Made by a program: the position numbers and the translations under genes. Under the pieces are notes generated by a model. The model saw only the letters and a program-made list of their open reading frames with translations, made no database searches and was not told where the DNA came from. Source: Prolixibacteraceae bacterium (GTDB lineage: Bacteria; Bacteroidota; Bacteroidia; Bacteroidales; Prolixibacteraceae). From it: DNA of 64,000 bases. Shown here piece by piece: positions 27,154 through 36,978 of this stretch; the stretch's first letter is position 1, and each line of letters starts with the position of its first letter. The stretch is taken from NCBI GenBank assembly GCA_963668595.1, contig OY764876.1, forward strand, positions 3,923,554-3,987,553, in the 5' to 3' direction.

Positions 27154-28989
27154 TTATTTGTCCGGATTGTTTTCAACCCGAAAACCCGGAGTTTTGTAAT
27201 CAGGCGGTAAATAGTCAGAAGGAATGGCGGTTGCATTCCCATCGCGTGCAGCCCGGTAATGCGGCGACATAATTTCAACACCTGCCTCATTAAACGCATC
27301 CTGAATATTCTGATGTAACTCTGAATAAATTGCGGGTTGCAAGGTGGGTTCGTTGGTGGTTGCATTAAGCTGGTACGACACGTAAAAATCGTCGAGGCTG
27401 GTTTGTAATACAAACGGAGGATGCTCACTGCTAATGTATTGGGTTTTTTTTGCGGCTCCAAGCAATAGTTGATGTACTTGCCGCCAGGGAACATCGTAGC
27501 CAATGGTTACGGTGGTGTGCAAAATTATTCCTTCGTCGAGCTTCGAAGTACTGTAATTGATCACATTCGACGATAATATATTGGAATTCGGAATAGTGAT
27601 AAACTCTTTTTTTGGAGTTTTGATACGGGTCACAAACGGCGTTTTTTCTACTACGTCGCCCAACACGTCGCCAATTTTTATGCGGTCGCCAATTTTAAAG
27701 GGACGCATGTAAGTAATAACTAATCCAGCAATCATATTTCCAATAATGGATGAAGAACCCAGCGAGAAAACGATTCCAAGGAATACTGAAACTCCTTTGA
27801 AAACATCCGAGTCGGAACCTGGCAAGTATTGGAAAATGACGATAAAAGCAAACGCAATGACGAAAATTTTTATCAGGTTATAGGTGGTTTTTGCCCAATC
27901 GGGATAAAATCCGGGAATTTTCAGTTTTTCTTCTTCAATTTCGGAAAGCAGAAATCGGATAAATTTTAATACATATCGCGTAACTACCACAATGACAATG
28001 ATTGTCATCAATTCGGGAATGTAATTGATAATGCCAAAGAAAATTGATTTAACCGGGCTAATCAGATACCCAAACATAGTTTCGGCAAATCGGCGTGTTG
28101 GCGGGAAAATGCTGAAAACAATTGGTATTGAGATAAAAAGCTGAACCAGAATCAGTAAATAGCGAATTAAATTTGACAGGAACAGTGCTCCGTTTGTGAG
28201 TCTTTCTGCATCAAGTATTTCGTAATTCCGAACGGAAAAACTTTTGAACCAAATTCCTTTTTTCGATTCGATAAGCAGACGGATTTTTCCTAAAAAAAAA
28301 CGATTGGTAAGCCGAATCAGGAAAAACTGAAGAATAATTACCAACAATGCTAATCCTACTTCTCTCGCTATACCCGAAAAGCTTTTGTCTTTCTTGAATA
28401 TTAAAAGGTTCTCCAGAATTTTTTGTTTGTAGATGGTGGCGATTTCATGTTTGTTTTTTTCGAGCCACATGGCATCGGCTTCGGTAATGCTAACTAATAT
28501 TTGCTCGTTAAACATCAGATCAACGCTTTGTCCGTAGTCAACCAGATGAATGCTGTCGCTTTTCAGAAAGAAATTGTGGTACAATCGTTTTATCCGCTCG
28601 TTGACAATGCGACTGCGCTCTGCTGCGGTTACCGATCCAATACTGGTATAAATATAAAAAAGGGTGTCGCGATAGGGAACAATTGCATAGCCGGGAGTGA
28701 TCATTTTCAATGAATCGACCTCTCGTTTGAGCTGTATTTTTTTTAGCGAATCGTTTTGCGTAAGCAATTGTAATTGCTTACGCAGCTTTTCCCTTTTACT
28801 GGTTTCCGACGAGCGCAGTTCGTCGATTTGCCGAAGCAGAACAATGCGACTAATTGAATCCGCAACACTCAGCGAATCCGATTTCTTCAATAAAAGCAGC
28901 GTTTTTTGAAGCGAATTCTCTACCGAAATCGTATCGGCCTGAGCTGTGAGAAATGCCAAAGCAAACAGAACAAATAGAATACGTTTCAT
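27154..28989 (-). CDS. mechanosensitive ion channel (MscS) family protein with a large periplasmic N-terminal domain
   Basis: 611 aa. MscS TM3/beta-domain region NMIAGLVITYMRPFKIGDRIKIGDVLGDVVEKTPFVTRIKT. Confidence 0.85.
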   Translation of the reverse strand: MKRILFVLFALAFLTAQADTISVENSLQKTLLLLKKSDSLSVADSISRIVLLRQIDELRSSETSKREKLRKQLQLLTQNDSLKKIQLKREVDSLKMITPGYAIVPYRDTLFYIYTSIGSVTAAERSRIVNERIKRLYHNFFLKSDSIHLVDYGQSVDLMFNEQILVSITEADAMWLEKNKHEIATIYKQKILENLLIFKKDKSFSGIAREVGLALLVIILQFFLIRLTNRFFLGKIRLLIESKKGIWFKSFSVRNYEILDAERLTNGALFLSNLIRYLLILVQLFISIPIVFSIFPPTRRFAETMFGYLISPVKSIFFGIINYIPELMTIIVIVVVTRYVLKFIRFLLSEIEEEKLKIPGFYPDWAKTTYNLIKIFVIAFAFIVIFQYLPGSDSDVFKGVSVFLGIVFSLGSSSIIGNMIAGLVITYMRPFKIGDRIKIGDVLGDVVEKTPFVTRIKTPKKEFITIPNSNILSSNVINYSTSKLDEGIILHTTVTIGYDVPWRQVHQLLLGAAKKTQYISSEHPPFVLQTSLDDFYVSYQLNATTNEPTLQPAIYSELHQNIQDAFNEAGVEIMSPHYRAARDGNATAIPSDYLPPDYKTPGFRVENNPDK

Positions 28990-29039
28990 CGGGTGCAGAA
29001 TAAAAAGTTTAAAACAGAAACAGAACTAAATGTAGCCGG

Positions 29040-31856
29040 CTAATATCTATTGGTTTGTCCTTTATCAATAGCCGGAATGCCAAATTTCATCCAGTCGGGC
29101 ATTGGTTTGTCTTGCAGATAATGGTCAAAAAAACCTTTCATTCGGGTTGAAAGATCGACGCGATTACCCCAACTGGTATCTTTCAGGTTGTGTGGTTCTC
29201 CGTTGTAGCTGAGCATCCACACTGGTTTATCTAAACGACGCAATGCGGTAAAAAGTTCAATTCCCTGATACCATGGAACGGCTCCGTCATTGTCGTTATG
29301 CATAATCAATAAAGGAGTTCGCACCTGTGGCGCATAAAACAAAGGTGAGTTTTCGATGTATTGCATCGGCTTTTCCCACAATGTTCCGCCTATGCGACTT
29401 TGCGAATGCTCGTACTGAAACATGCGCGACATGCCCGATTCCCAGCGTATTCCGCCGTAGGCGCTGGTCATGTTGCTAACCGGTGCTCCGGCCATGGCGG
29501 CAGCAAACATATTGGTTTGGGTCACCATCCATGCAGTTTGGTATCCGCCCCAGCTTTGTCCCTGTAAACCAATTTTATGCCGGTTGATAAATGGAAAATT
29601 CTCGGTCAGGTATTGCGTGCCGCTAACAATGGCATCGTAGGCGCTTTTGCCCGGATAGCCTGTGCGGTAGGTAATATCGGGAACGAAAACAATGTATCCG
29701 TTACTGGCATAAAAAGTACGGTTGATGGTTGATCGGCTGGGAGCTGGTTGATAGTGCCGGAAAAGATTTTCAGAATTGCGTTCGTAATAGTAAATCACCA
29801 TCGGGTATTTTTTTTGAGGATCGAGGTTTTCGGGTATATAAAGCAACCCTTCAAGTGTGTCGCCATTAAACGATGTCCATTTTACGAGTGACGACATGGC
29901 CCAAATGTAATTGCTTTGCTGCGCATTGGCCTCGGATATCTTTTTTTGATGATCGAAGCGTAGATTACTTGTCCATAAATCGGGGAAAACGTTCGTGTTT
30001 TCCTTCGTGAAAACTAACAAGTCGCTATTCTTTGCTTTTGTAGGGGTGCCAATTTTCATGTTCTCGGCAATTAAAAGTCGTGGCTCTTTGTAGTTTTCAA
30101 AATCAATCTGGAAAATGCCGCTGGCTTTACTTTTTTCGTCGAACGATGAAGCAAGGTTGGTATTTTTCGAATCAATAAATTCTTCTTCCGGATCAAGTTT
30201 AATATACCGAAGTTGAAGGTGGTTGCGTCGTCCGAAACTGCGGGTTACATTTACTGCAACACGTGTTGCGGTTGGGTCAATCTTCCAAATATCATATCTG
30301 TCGTATATGTAAATGAACCGGTCGTTCTCTGCCCAGCCTGCAATGCCATACGGATTTGGGTAATCGGGCATGTCGTTTTGTTCGTCGCAGAAAATAACCG
30401 GAATTTGTTTGGTCAGCCGGTTGTCGGCTTGACTTTGGATATTTGTGGAACGCGAATAATAACTACTGTCAGCCTGATTGTACCATACGATGAAATTCCC
30501 TTTGGGCGAAAGCCATGCCCGCTCGGTTGCTTGAAGCATTTTTCGTTTGATTCCGGTTTTCAGATCTATTAAATAGTAGTCGGCTTTATTGGCTCCGGTC
30601 CATGAACTTTCCCGTCGGTAAAGCATATTGTCGCGTCCCAGCGCAAAAGCGCCATTGCCTTTTTCGTTAAAATCAACATCTCTGATAATTGGGTCGCCCA
30701 ACTGGATGAACTTCTGCTCGGAAAGATGAAAAACTGCCAGATAGGTTCGTTTCTTTTCCCGGTCGAGATTAATCTTTTGCTGGGGTTGAAGTTCCTTGTC
30801 CTGCCACGACCAAATGTCCAGTCGTGGTTTCTCTTCGTCGGTTAACGAGTCTTTTTTTTCTGGCTCAGGAATCGATGCTGTACCCATAAACAAACGGGTT
30901 CCGTCTTCTGAAAACGATAAATTTCGATTTTCTGAAGGAGCCCATCCAATTGGCATTCCTGGTGTCTCGGAACTTACCATTACAGTGGCTAATTCGTCGG
31001 TGTTTTTTCCGTAAAAAAGATGATAGGTTTTTTGTTTCGTGGTGTCTTGCGAGAATAAGAATGCAAATTGTAATCCCGGGTCATCGGTTGCGAGCTGGCG
31101 CACTGAACCTGGTTTTTCGAGTACTTTGCGCGCTTGTCGGGTCGCTGTTTCAAACAACCATACCCGTGTGTTCTTTAGCGAATCAATATTTTCCTGCGAG
31201 AACAAAATGTACTTGCCTTTTTTCGAGTAAAACAAATCGTTTACCTTTTTATATTGAATGGTATCACCTGTTTTTACGTGAAAGAGAGTGAGTGTGCTGC
31301 TTTTATTTGCTGATTTAGAGTCAGATGAGTCATCGTCTGCGTCTGAGGTGAAGTCACTTTTCTCTTTGGCCTTCTTTTTCTTTTCGCTTAATGGCTCAGT
31401 CAGAAAAGCAATCCATTCGGCATTTTCTTCTGGAATAGAAAACGATTTTATGCGGGGAAATTTGACGATTTTACTGTTCCTGGTGAAAAATATTCCCAGA
31501 CTATCCTGCGGGAATTTGTCTTTGCTTATCTTTTTGATTTTTGCTTGCCGAATTGAATCAAGCGGTTGCTTTATTTTGAAAAGAATAAAGTCGGATTCGG
31601 GTGAGAATACCGGGGCATAGCCGCGGGCAATGCTATCTTCCTGACGGGAATCGTTATGCTTGATGATTAGATGACCATCTCCCTGCTGGGGATTTAATTC
31701 GTAAGTCACATATTTTCCGTTTGCCGACAAGCAGGTGCTTTTTATGGTTTTCCATTTTGCGAAGTCGCTGATTGAAAGTGCTTTTTTCTGTTTCTGCTGT
31801 CCGAATGCTGCAAGAAACAAGCAACTGACAACGAATAACATTACTATTCTCTTCAT
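29040..31856 (-). CDS. S9 family serine peptidase (prolyl oligopeptidase/DPP-like) with an N-terminal beta-propeller
   Basis: Catalytic GLQGQSWGGY, HNDNDGAVP and GEPHNL. The start is moved to MKRIVMLFVV (31856), which provides a signal peptide. Confidence 0.88.
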   Translation of the reverse strand: MKRIVMLFVVSCLFLAAFGQQKQKKALSISDFAKWKTIKSTCLSANGKYVTYELNPQQGDGHLIIKHNDSRQEDSIARGYAPVFSPESDFILFKIKQPLDSIRQAKIKKISKDKFPQDSLGIFFTRNSKIVKFPRIKSFSIPEENAEWIAFLTEPLSEKKKKAKEKSDFTSDADDDSSDSKSANKSSTLTLFHVKTGDTIQYKKVNDLFYSKKGKYILFSQENIDSLKNTRVWLFETATRQARKVLEKPGSVRQLATDDPGLQFAFLFSQDTTKQKTYHLFYGKNTDELATVMVSSETPGMPIGWAPSENRNLSFSEDGTRLFMGTASIPEPEKKDSLTDEEKPRLDIWSWQDKELQPQQKINLDREKKRTYLAVFHLSEQKFIQLGDPIIRDVDFNEKGNGAFALGRDNMLYRRESSWTGANKADYYLIDLKTGIKRKMLQATERAWLSPKGNFIVWYNQADSSYYSRSTNIQSQADNRLTKQIPVIFCDEQNDMPDYPNPYGIAGWAENDRFIYIYDRYDIWKIDPTATRVAVNVTRSFGRRNHLQLRYIKLDPEEEFIDSKNTNLASSFDEKSKASGIFQIDFENYKEPRLLIAENMKIGTPTKAKNSDLLVFTKENTNVFPDLWTSNLRFDHQKKISEANAQQSNYIWAMSSLVKWTSFNGDTLEGLLYIPENLDPQKKYPMVIYYYERNSENLFRHYQPAPSRSTINRTFYASNGYIVFVPDITYRTGYPGKSAYDAIVSGTQYLTENFPFINRHKIGLQGQSWGGYQTAWMVTQTNMFAAAMAGAPVSNMTSAYGGIRWESGMSRMFQYEHSQSRIGGTLWEKPMQYIENSPLFYAPQVRTPLLIMHNDNDGAVPWYQGIELFTALRRLDKPVWMLSYNGEPHNLKDTSWGNRVDLSTRMKGFFDHYLQDKPMPDWMKFGIPAIDKGQTNRY

Positions 31857-32056
31857 CCTACTTTTTTTGAATGTATTGGTATTTCTCGCGAACCGTTTGT
31901 GCGATCCGATATTGTTCTCTAAAAATACGTTTCTTGTTTTAATAAACAAACCACCAAGCAATCAACTACTATTCAATTCTTCATTAATTTGATAATTTTA
32001 TTAACTCTTATTGTTGGCGAATCTGTATTTTTGTAAAAAATCAAAACCTGTATGCG

Positions 32057-33010
32057 ATGAGTTTTCGTATTGGCGTTATATTCGTAATATTGATTGTATT
32101 GGTCGGCTGCAATGCACGGATGAGTCCTGCCGAAGCCGATCGGTCGATGAAAATGCTGAATGGGAACTTGTCGGGCTTTTTAACTACTGCATCTGAAAAG
32201 CCTGAGCTGCAAGCCATGTATTTTTTGTTTCGCGAATCAAGTTCGCCGCTTTGTTTAAAGCAGCAGAGCGATACTGTGCCGGTTTTGCCGGAAAAAAAGA
32301 AAGGCCGATTTTATTGGTCGGCTCAGCGAAAACAGTTTGAAAAACACAGTCCTTCTGATTCAATTGCCTTGTATTTTCCGTTTGATGGGGAGAACGGGGA
32401 CAGTGTATTTTTTTTAATGCCCGACTTTGATGTGCGTTCATGTAAAAGTCGCCCTGATTTCCCGGTACGGGCAAAAGCTTCGTTGCGAGTGGGAGAGCGT
32501 GTTCTTTCGATTGATCATGCTGCTGCAATTGAAGATAATTTGCCGTTAACGATTGATACAGAAGTGAAGGGGAATGATTATTCTGCTGAGTTTTTACTAC
32601 GTCGTAGCAAAAATGGAGAGAATGGGGATTTGGTAACAGATTTCAGCATACAAACCAAAGGGTTTACAGTTGCTTCTGGAGAAATGAATGCGACGATTGG
32701 CTACTCCAGAACCGGCTATTTTTTTCGATTCATTCAGTTTTCGCTTGCATTGATGGATCATCAGATAGAGGGAACCATCGATTATTCAAAGATTGATCCG
32801 ACCTCGTCAGATTATGCGAGCTCATTTAATGCGAATTCAACGATTCGGATTTCTGAATCAGGAGAAGGAGAAGTAGGAACAATCGTCCTGGGGCGTTCGG
32901 GAGAAGGAGAGTTACTCGATTTCTTTGTACGTTATTCCGATGGACAGCAGGTGTTGTTGAGCCAGCACGTTCCTTTACTGAAGAAAGTACTCGATTTTAA
33001 ATATGATTGA
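32057..33010 (+). CDS. hypothetical lipoprotein
   Basis: Lipobox VLVGC-NA. 317 aa. Confidence 0.5.
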   Translation: MSFRIGVIFVILIVLVGCNARMSPAEADRSMKMLNGNLSGFLTTASEKPELQAMYFLFRESSSPLCLKQQSDTVPVLPEKKKGRFYWSAQRKQFEKHSPSDSIALYFPFDGENGDSVFFLMPDFDVRSCKSRPDFPVRAKASLRVGERVLSIDHAAAIEDNLPLTIDTEVKGNDYSAEFLLRRSKNGENGDLVTDFSIQTKGFTVASGEMNATIGYSRTGYFFRFIQFSLALMDHQIEGTIDYSKIDPTSSDYASSFNANSTIRISESGEGEVGTIVLGRSGEGELLDFFVRYSDGQQVLLSQHVPLLKKVLDFKYD

Positions 33011-33029
33011 CCAAAACTTAAATTGATAA

Positions 33030-33647
33030 ATGATGAAAACAAGAAAAAGCATTCTGCTTGTACTGGCTGTTGGGATGATGGCCGGTTTGACGTGTTGCGA
33101 TTGGCTCGATTTTAATAAAGAAGAGACCGATCCGGAAAAGACAATGGGTAAAGTAGATAATTACTGGAAGGCGAGTGCTCCGGGCTATCCGGATGCCAAA
33201 GTAACCATCACTGAAAACAGTAAAGGAAACGTAGTTGCAACGGTCAATTACAATGGGAAAGATTACGAAGTGGAAGGTAAAATTACCGATGAAGGAATTT
33301 ACGATTACGTGTATAGCAATGGAGATAAAAGTAAACCTTTTACCTTGGTGAAATTTGATGCACAGGTGGGCGATAAATGGGAATATAAAATCGGCAACCA
33401 AACCATTACCCGCGAAGTGGTAAAACGTAGTACGACCGATGATACTCCTTATGGCTTCATGTACATAAAAACCATTGATGTTGTGGAAACTATTCCGGCA
33501 GGAGTGCAGGTGCGTGGAGCAGAAAGCCCGGCTAGTTCTATCTTGTGGAAATTCAACCACAAATTTGGCTTTATTTCTGCAACCATTACTCCCAAAAGCG
33601 GAGCGGCCACAACAATTAAACAGTACGATACAAACGCAAGTGAATAA
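33030..33647 (+). CDS. hypothetical lipoprotein
   Basis: Signal plus Cys (MAGLTCC). 205 aa. Preferred over the overlapping antisense ORF at 33018-33800. Confidence 0.55.
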   Translation: MMKTRKSILLVLAVGMMAGLTCCDWLDFNKEETDPEKTMGKVDNYWKASAPGYPDAKVTITENSKGNVVATVNYNGKDYEVEGKITDEGIYDYVYSNGDKSKPFTLVKFDAQVGDKWEYKIGNQTITREVVKRSTTDDTPYGFMYIKTIDVVETIPAGVQVRGAESPASSILWKFNHKFGFISATITPKSGAATTIKQYDTNASE

Positions 33648-33663
33648 GACAGACGAAGGAGGA

Positions 33664-34401
33664 TCAGAAACGAATCCTCCTTTTTTCTTCGTTTTGGTTG
33701 TCGAATATCGGGTGTGCGACCAAGTCACCGGGATAAACCATCCAGCCGCCATTGCTGTCGAGGTCAATGTGCATGATTGTGTAAAAAGCTTGCCATACAA
33801 GCAATGAGCAGTACCATTGATGCTTGTTGGATGCTTGTTGGCAGAAGGATTTCTGGTCGGTACCAGCTGCTCTGAAAAGTTTTTGCGATCGCCAGCAGGA
33901 AATATCGTTGTCTTGCTGCATCACAAACCGGATGATTGAATCCCGCTGTCCATCTGTCATCGGAATGCGCAACCGGTATCGGAATCCTGCATTCTGTTCT
34001 CCAAAGTTTACGTTGGCAAAGCGGTAATCGTTCCCCTGCAAATATCCCGGAGCAGCCCGAAGCTGAAAGGCATCGGGAAGCTGATGTGCCTGAGATTCAA
34101 AAATCCGGGCTTTTCTTAATACGTCTATTGCACTATTCCCCTGTGCCCCTTCAATAACCAGAACTGCATGGCCAAAGCCATTGCCTCCTTCGATCAGCGA
34201 ACTGCCAGGTAGCCAGTTGTGGTTTGGTTTTACAAGAATATCACCAGCTTGCAATTCCGTTAATTCAGAAAGTGGTTCGTTGATAAAATGAGCCTGAACG
34301 ACATCGTTTTTGTCTGCCGAAACATCTTTTCCCTGCTGGTCAAGGCATGAAAATAACCCAATACTAAATGCAAAAATCACAAAATGTGTCGAAACGTTCA
34401 T
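33664..34401 (-). CDS. hypothetical exported protein, possibly a permuted papain-like (YiiX/C92-type) amidase
   Basis: Signal peptide. GFGHAVLV and a late WYCSLLVWQAFY segment fit a His-then-Cys permuted arrangement. This is a weak call. Confidence 0.4.
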   Translation of the reverse strand: MNVSTHFVIFAFSIGLFSCLDQQGKDVSADKNDVVQAHFINEPLSELTELQAGDILVKPNHNWLPGSSLIEGGNGFGHAVLVIEGAQGNSAIDVLRKARIFESQAHQLPDAFQLRAAPGYLQGNDYRFANVNFGEQNAGFRYRLRIPMTDGQRDSIIRFVMQQDNDISCWRSQKLFRAAGTDQKSFCQQASNKHQWYCSLLVWQAFYTIMHIDLDSNGGWMVYPGDLVAHPIFDNQNEEKRRIRF

Positions 34402-34463
34402 GGCTGTATATTTTCAACGCCGGTAAATGCAATTGATTATCTTTCTGATCAGTTCTGTTTTGT

Positions 34464-34847
34464 TTATTTAAAAAGTTCTTCATCCCGAATGGTCATCAGA
34501 ATGGCTGAGTGAGGAAGAATAATGTATTTCTCTTTGTTGAATTCAATTTCGTATCCGCTTTTATTGAGAAATACGGCCAAATCGCCAACCTTTGCTTGTA
34601 GCGGCACATAGCGCACTTCATCGTTTTGCTCTTTCCATGGCTCATCTTCGTCGGTCATTGCCGGAATCGGGTAGCCAGGACCAACTTTTACAATGTATCC
34701 ACTCTGCAACTTCTCATTTTCCTGCACTGTTGGCGGAAGATACAAGCCTGTTTTTGTTTTTCCCTGCGGATTTTTGGGCTTTATCAATACACGGTCGCCG
34801 ACCATGATAAATTTGTCGAAATTTTTTTCTTCTATTGTTAGTGACAT
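34464..34847 (-). CDS. GroES/Cpn10-family co-chaperone-like protein (longer than usual, no groEL nearby)
   Basis: GDRVLIKP...TKTGLYLPPTV mobile-loop-like region. 127 aa. Confidence 0.6.
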   Translation of the reverse strand: MSLTIEEKNFDKFIMVGDRVLIKPKNPQGKTKTGLYLPPTVQENEKLQSGYIVKVGPGYPIPAMTDEDEPWKEQNDEVRYVPLQAKVGDLAVFLNKSGYEIEFNKEKYIILPHSAILMTIRDEELFK

Positions 34848-35241
34848 GATTGCCTGTTTTTATTCCGAAGCAAAGATAAAATTTTCAGTTTTTGTGTACT
34901 AGCAAGGCCTCCGTTATTGGAGAAATGACAAATAGCAATGCAAATAATGATTTTTGCAGCTTGTAATGCGTTGTTTGCCAGAAATGTGCAGATGAAAATG
35001 ATGGTAAAAATCGTTTTTTGTTTTGTGCCAATTCTTTATCTTGATAGATGTCAATTATAATATTGGCAATTCTATTCGACAATTAAAAAACAAATTATAT
35101 TTCGAATGAAACGAGCATGGTTCGAATTATCGCAAAAGGGCATGTATAAACACTGCGAGTTCCACACGGGATTCAAAAGATGTTCAAAGCACTGTTCTTT
35201 GATCCGACAGATATTCAATAACTTAATTTAAATATATACGT

Positions 35242-35682
35242 GTGAAAATCTTGTTTGTAAGTTCCGGCGACGAATTGTGCCGGGCGTTGATTGCCCGGCA
35301 TATTCTTCATCAGCTTGATGAAAAGCTTGAGATTTTTGTTGCCGCAACAGAGCCTGTAATAGAAATCCCATCCTCTCAGTTTGTTGCCATGAAGGCACTC
35401 GGGTTTGATATCGATTCGGAACATTGCTCTAATCTGACAGAACTTTCCGGTGTTTCATTTGACTTCCTGATCACCATTAGCCATGGACTTCATTCGTTAT
35501 TGAAAAAAAATCCTCTCCATTTTAGTCATAAACTTCATATGGAATTTCAGGAAATAAGCAGTACTCAGGAATTACAGAAAGATGAGTTTGATTGTTTGAC
35601 CCGGCTTAGCGACGAGATGCGGGACGAACTCGCGTATTTTTATCATCATTATGTGGAGGAAAACAAGAATACTTTTGTTTGA
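35242..35682 (+). CDS. low-molecular-weight phosphatase/ArsC-like protein with a degenerate P-loop
   Basis: KILFVSSGDELCRALIA aligns to the LMW-PTP P-loop V-C-x-G-N-x-C-R-S, with the nucleophile Cys replaced by Ser. GTG start. Confidence 0.5.
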   Translation: MKILFVSSGDELCRALIARHILHQLDEKLEIFVAATEPVIEIPSSQFVAMKALGFDIDSEHCSNLTELSGVSFDFLITISHGLHSLLKKNPLHFSHKLHMEFQEISSTQELQKDEFDCLTRLSDEMRDELAYFYHHYVEENKNTFV

Positions 35683-35731
35683 TAATTAATAAATTAGATT
35701 GATGAAGAGGATTACAACCGATTGCGGGTGT

Positions 35732-36751
35732 TTAGGGCTTTCGTTGCGATGATTTTCTTACAACTAATTTAGTTTTTAAAATTGATTGAACCGGAGGGGC
35801 TGATGGCATATCAATTTGTCTGAAGAAAAGACGGGCTGCTTCTTGTCCGATTTCAAACGTGGGATGAGTTATTGAAGTCAGGGCGGGATCAACCACCGTA
35901 GCGTGAAACTCGTCGGTAAAACCAATCAATGCAATATCTTCAGGAATACGCAGTCCGCGTCGCTTTATTTCTTTCATGGCAGCAAATGCAACCGTGTCGT
36001 TGATGCCGAAAATAGCATCGGGTCTTTCCGGCAGGTCGAGCAAACGCGCTGTTGCTTGTGTTGCCTCCGATGTGCTCAGGTTGCATTGCTGCAAAAGCAA
36101 ATTATTCGCCGATAAGCCACATTCATGCAACCCTCTTTGGTAACCCTGTATTCGCTGCTGTGAGATGTTGAGCTGTGAAGGACCAGAGATATATGCAATT
36201 TTACGACATCCGTTTTCAACGAAATGACGGGTTATTTGGTATGCAGCTTCTTCGTTGTTCGCAACCACACTTGAAACGCGGTCAGTCATACAAACGCGGT
36301 CGAAAAATACCAATGGCAATTCATTTTTTAGCAGGGGTTCGAAATGTGAAAAAGAAGTAGTTTCCTGTGAAAGACAGGCGATAATTCCTTCAACCCGGGT
36401 ATTCAATAAATTCTGAATTGATTCTTTTTCTTTTTCGACTGACTCGTTTGAGGAAGAAATCAGGATGTAATAACCTCGCTGTTTGGCAATGCTTTCAATT
36501 CCGGAAATAATTGATGAGTAGAAATGAGTAACAAGGTCGGGAACAATTACCCCAATCATTTTGGTTTGCTGCTTTAATAGACCCATTGCCAGTGGATTTG
36601 GCGAATAGTTGCGTTCGCTGGCCAGCTGCTGAATGCGGGCACTAACTTCCGGGCTAATATCCGGATGGTTTTTCAATGCCCGAGAAACAGTAGAAATGGA
36701 AACTCCCAGTTCTTTTGCTAAATCCTTTAATGAAACAGGCCTTTTACTCAT
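35732..36751 (-). CDS. LacI family transcriptional regulator
   Basis: HTH LKDLAKELGVSISTVSRALKN plus a periplasmic-binding-fold sugar-binding domain. Confidence 0.92.
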   Translation of the reverse strand: MSKRPVSLKDLAKELGVSISTVSRALKNHPDISPEVSARIQQLASERNYSPNPLAMGLLKQQTKMIGVIVPDLVTHFYSSIISGIESIAKQRGYYILISSSNESVEKEKESIQNLLNTRVEGIIACLSQETTSFSHFEPLLKNELPLVFFDRVCMTDRVSSVVANNEEAAYQITRHFVENGCRKIAYISGPSQLNISQQRIQGYQRGLHECGLSANNLLLQQCNLSTSEATQATARLLDLPERPDAIFGINDTVAFAAMKEIKRRGLRIPEDIALIGFTDEFHATVVDPALTSITHPTFEIGQEAARLFFRQIDMPSAPPVQSILKTKLVVRKSSQRKP

Positions 36752-36752
36752 G

Positions 36753-36766
36753 TCGAATGCATTCGA
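36753..36766. promoter_or_regulatory. 14-bp perfect palindrome, candidate LacI-family operator
   Basis: TCGAATGCATTCGA lies 2 nt upstream of the lacI-family start codon, in the divergent region shared with the sugar operon. Confidence 0.4.
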
Positions 36767-36978
36767 TTCTCCTACAAATCTAAAGTTTTATTCAATAGCT
36801 ACGATTGAAAAGAGGTCTCTGTTTATGTTTGACAACATTTTTTTCTCTCCGCAATGCTTTGCGGAAACCTTTGCGCAAGTGATCAGAAAATCAGGGTATT
36901 GCGAAGAGTTTTTTTGATTGAGATATTTGCTCAGGAAAGAAAGGAAATATCTGATTAGTAAGAATAAAAAAGGAAAAA

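Noticed and set aside
33018-33800. 260-aa minus-strand ORF
   Set aside because: It overlaps the plus-strand lipoprotein ORF at 33030-33647, which has a clear signal peptide and lipobox. The minus-strand translation is Cys/Phe/His-rich and lacks features.
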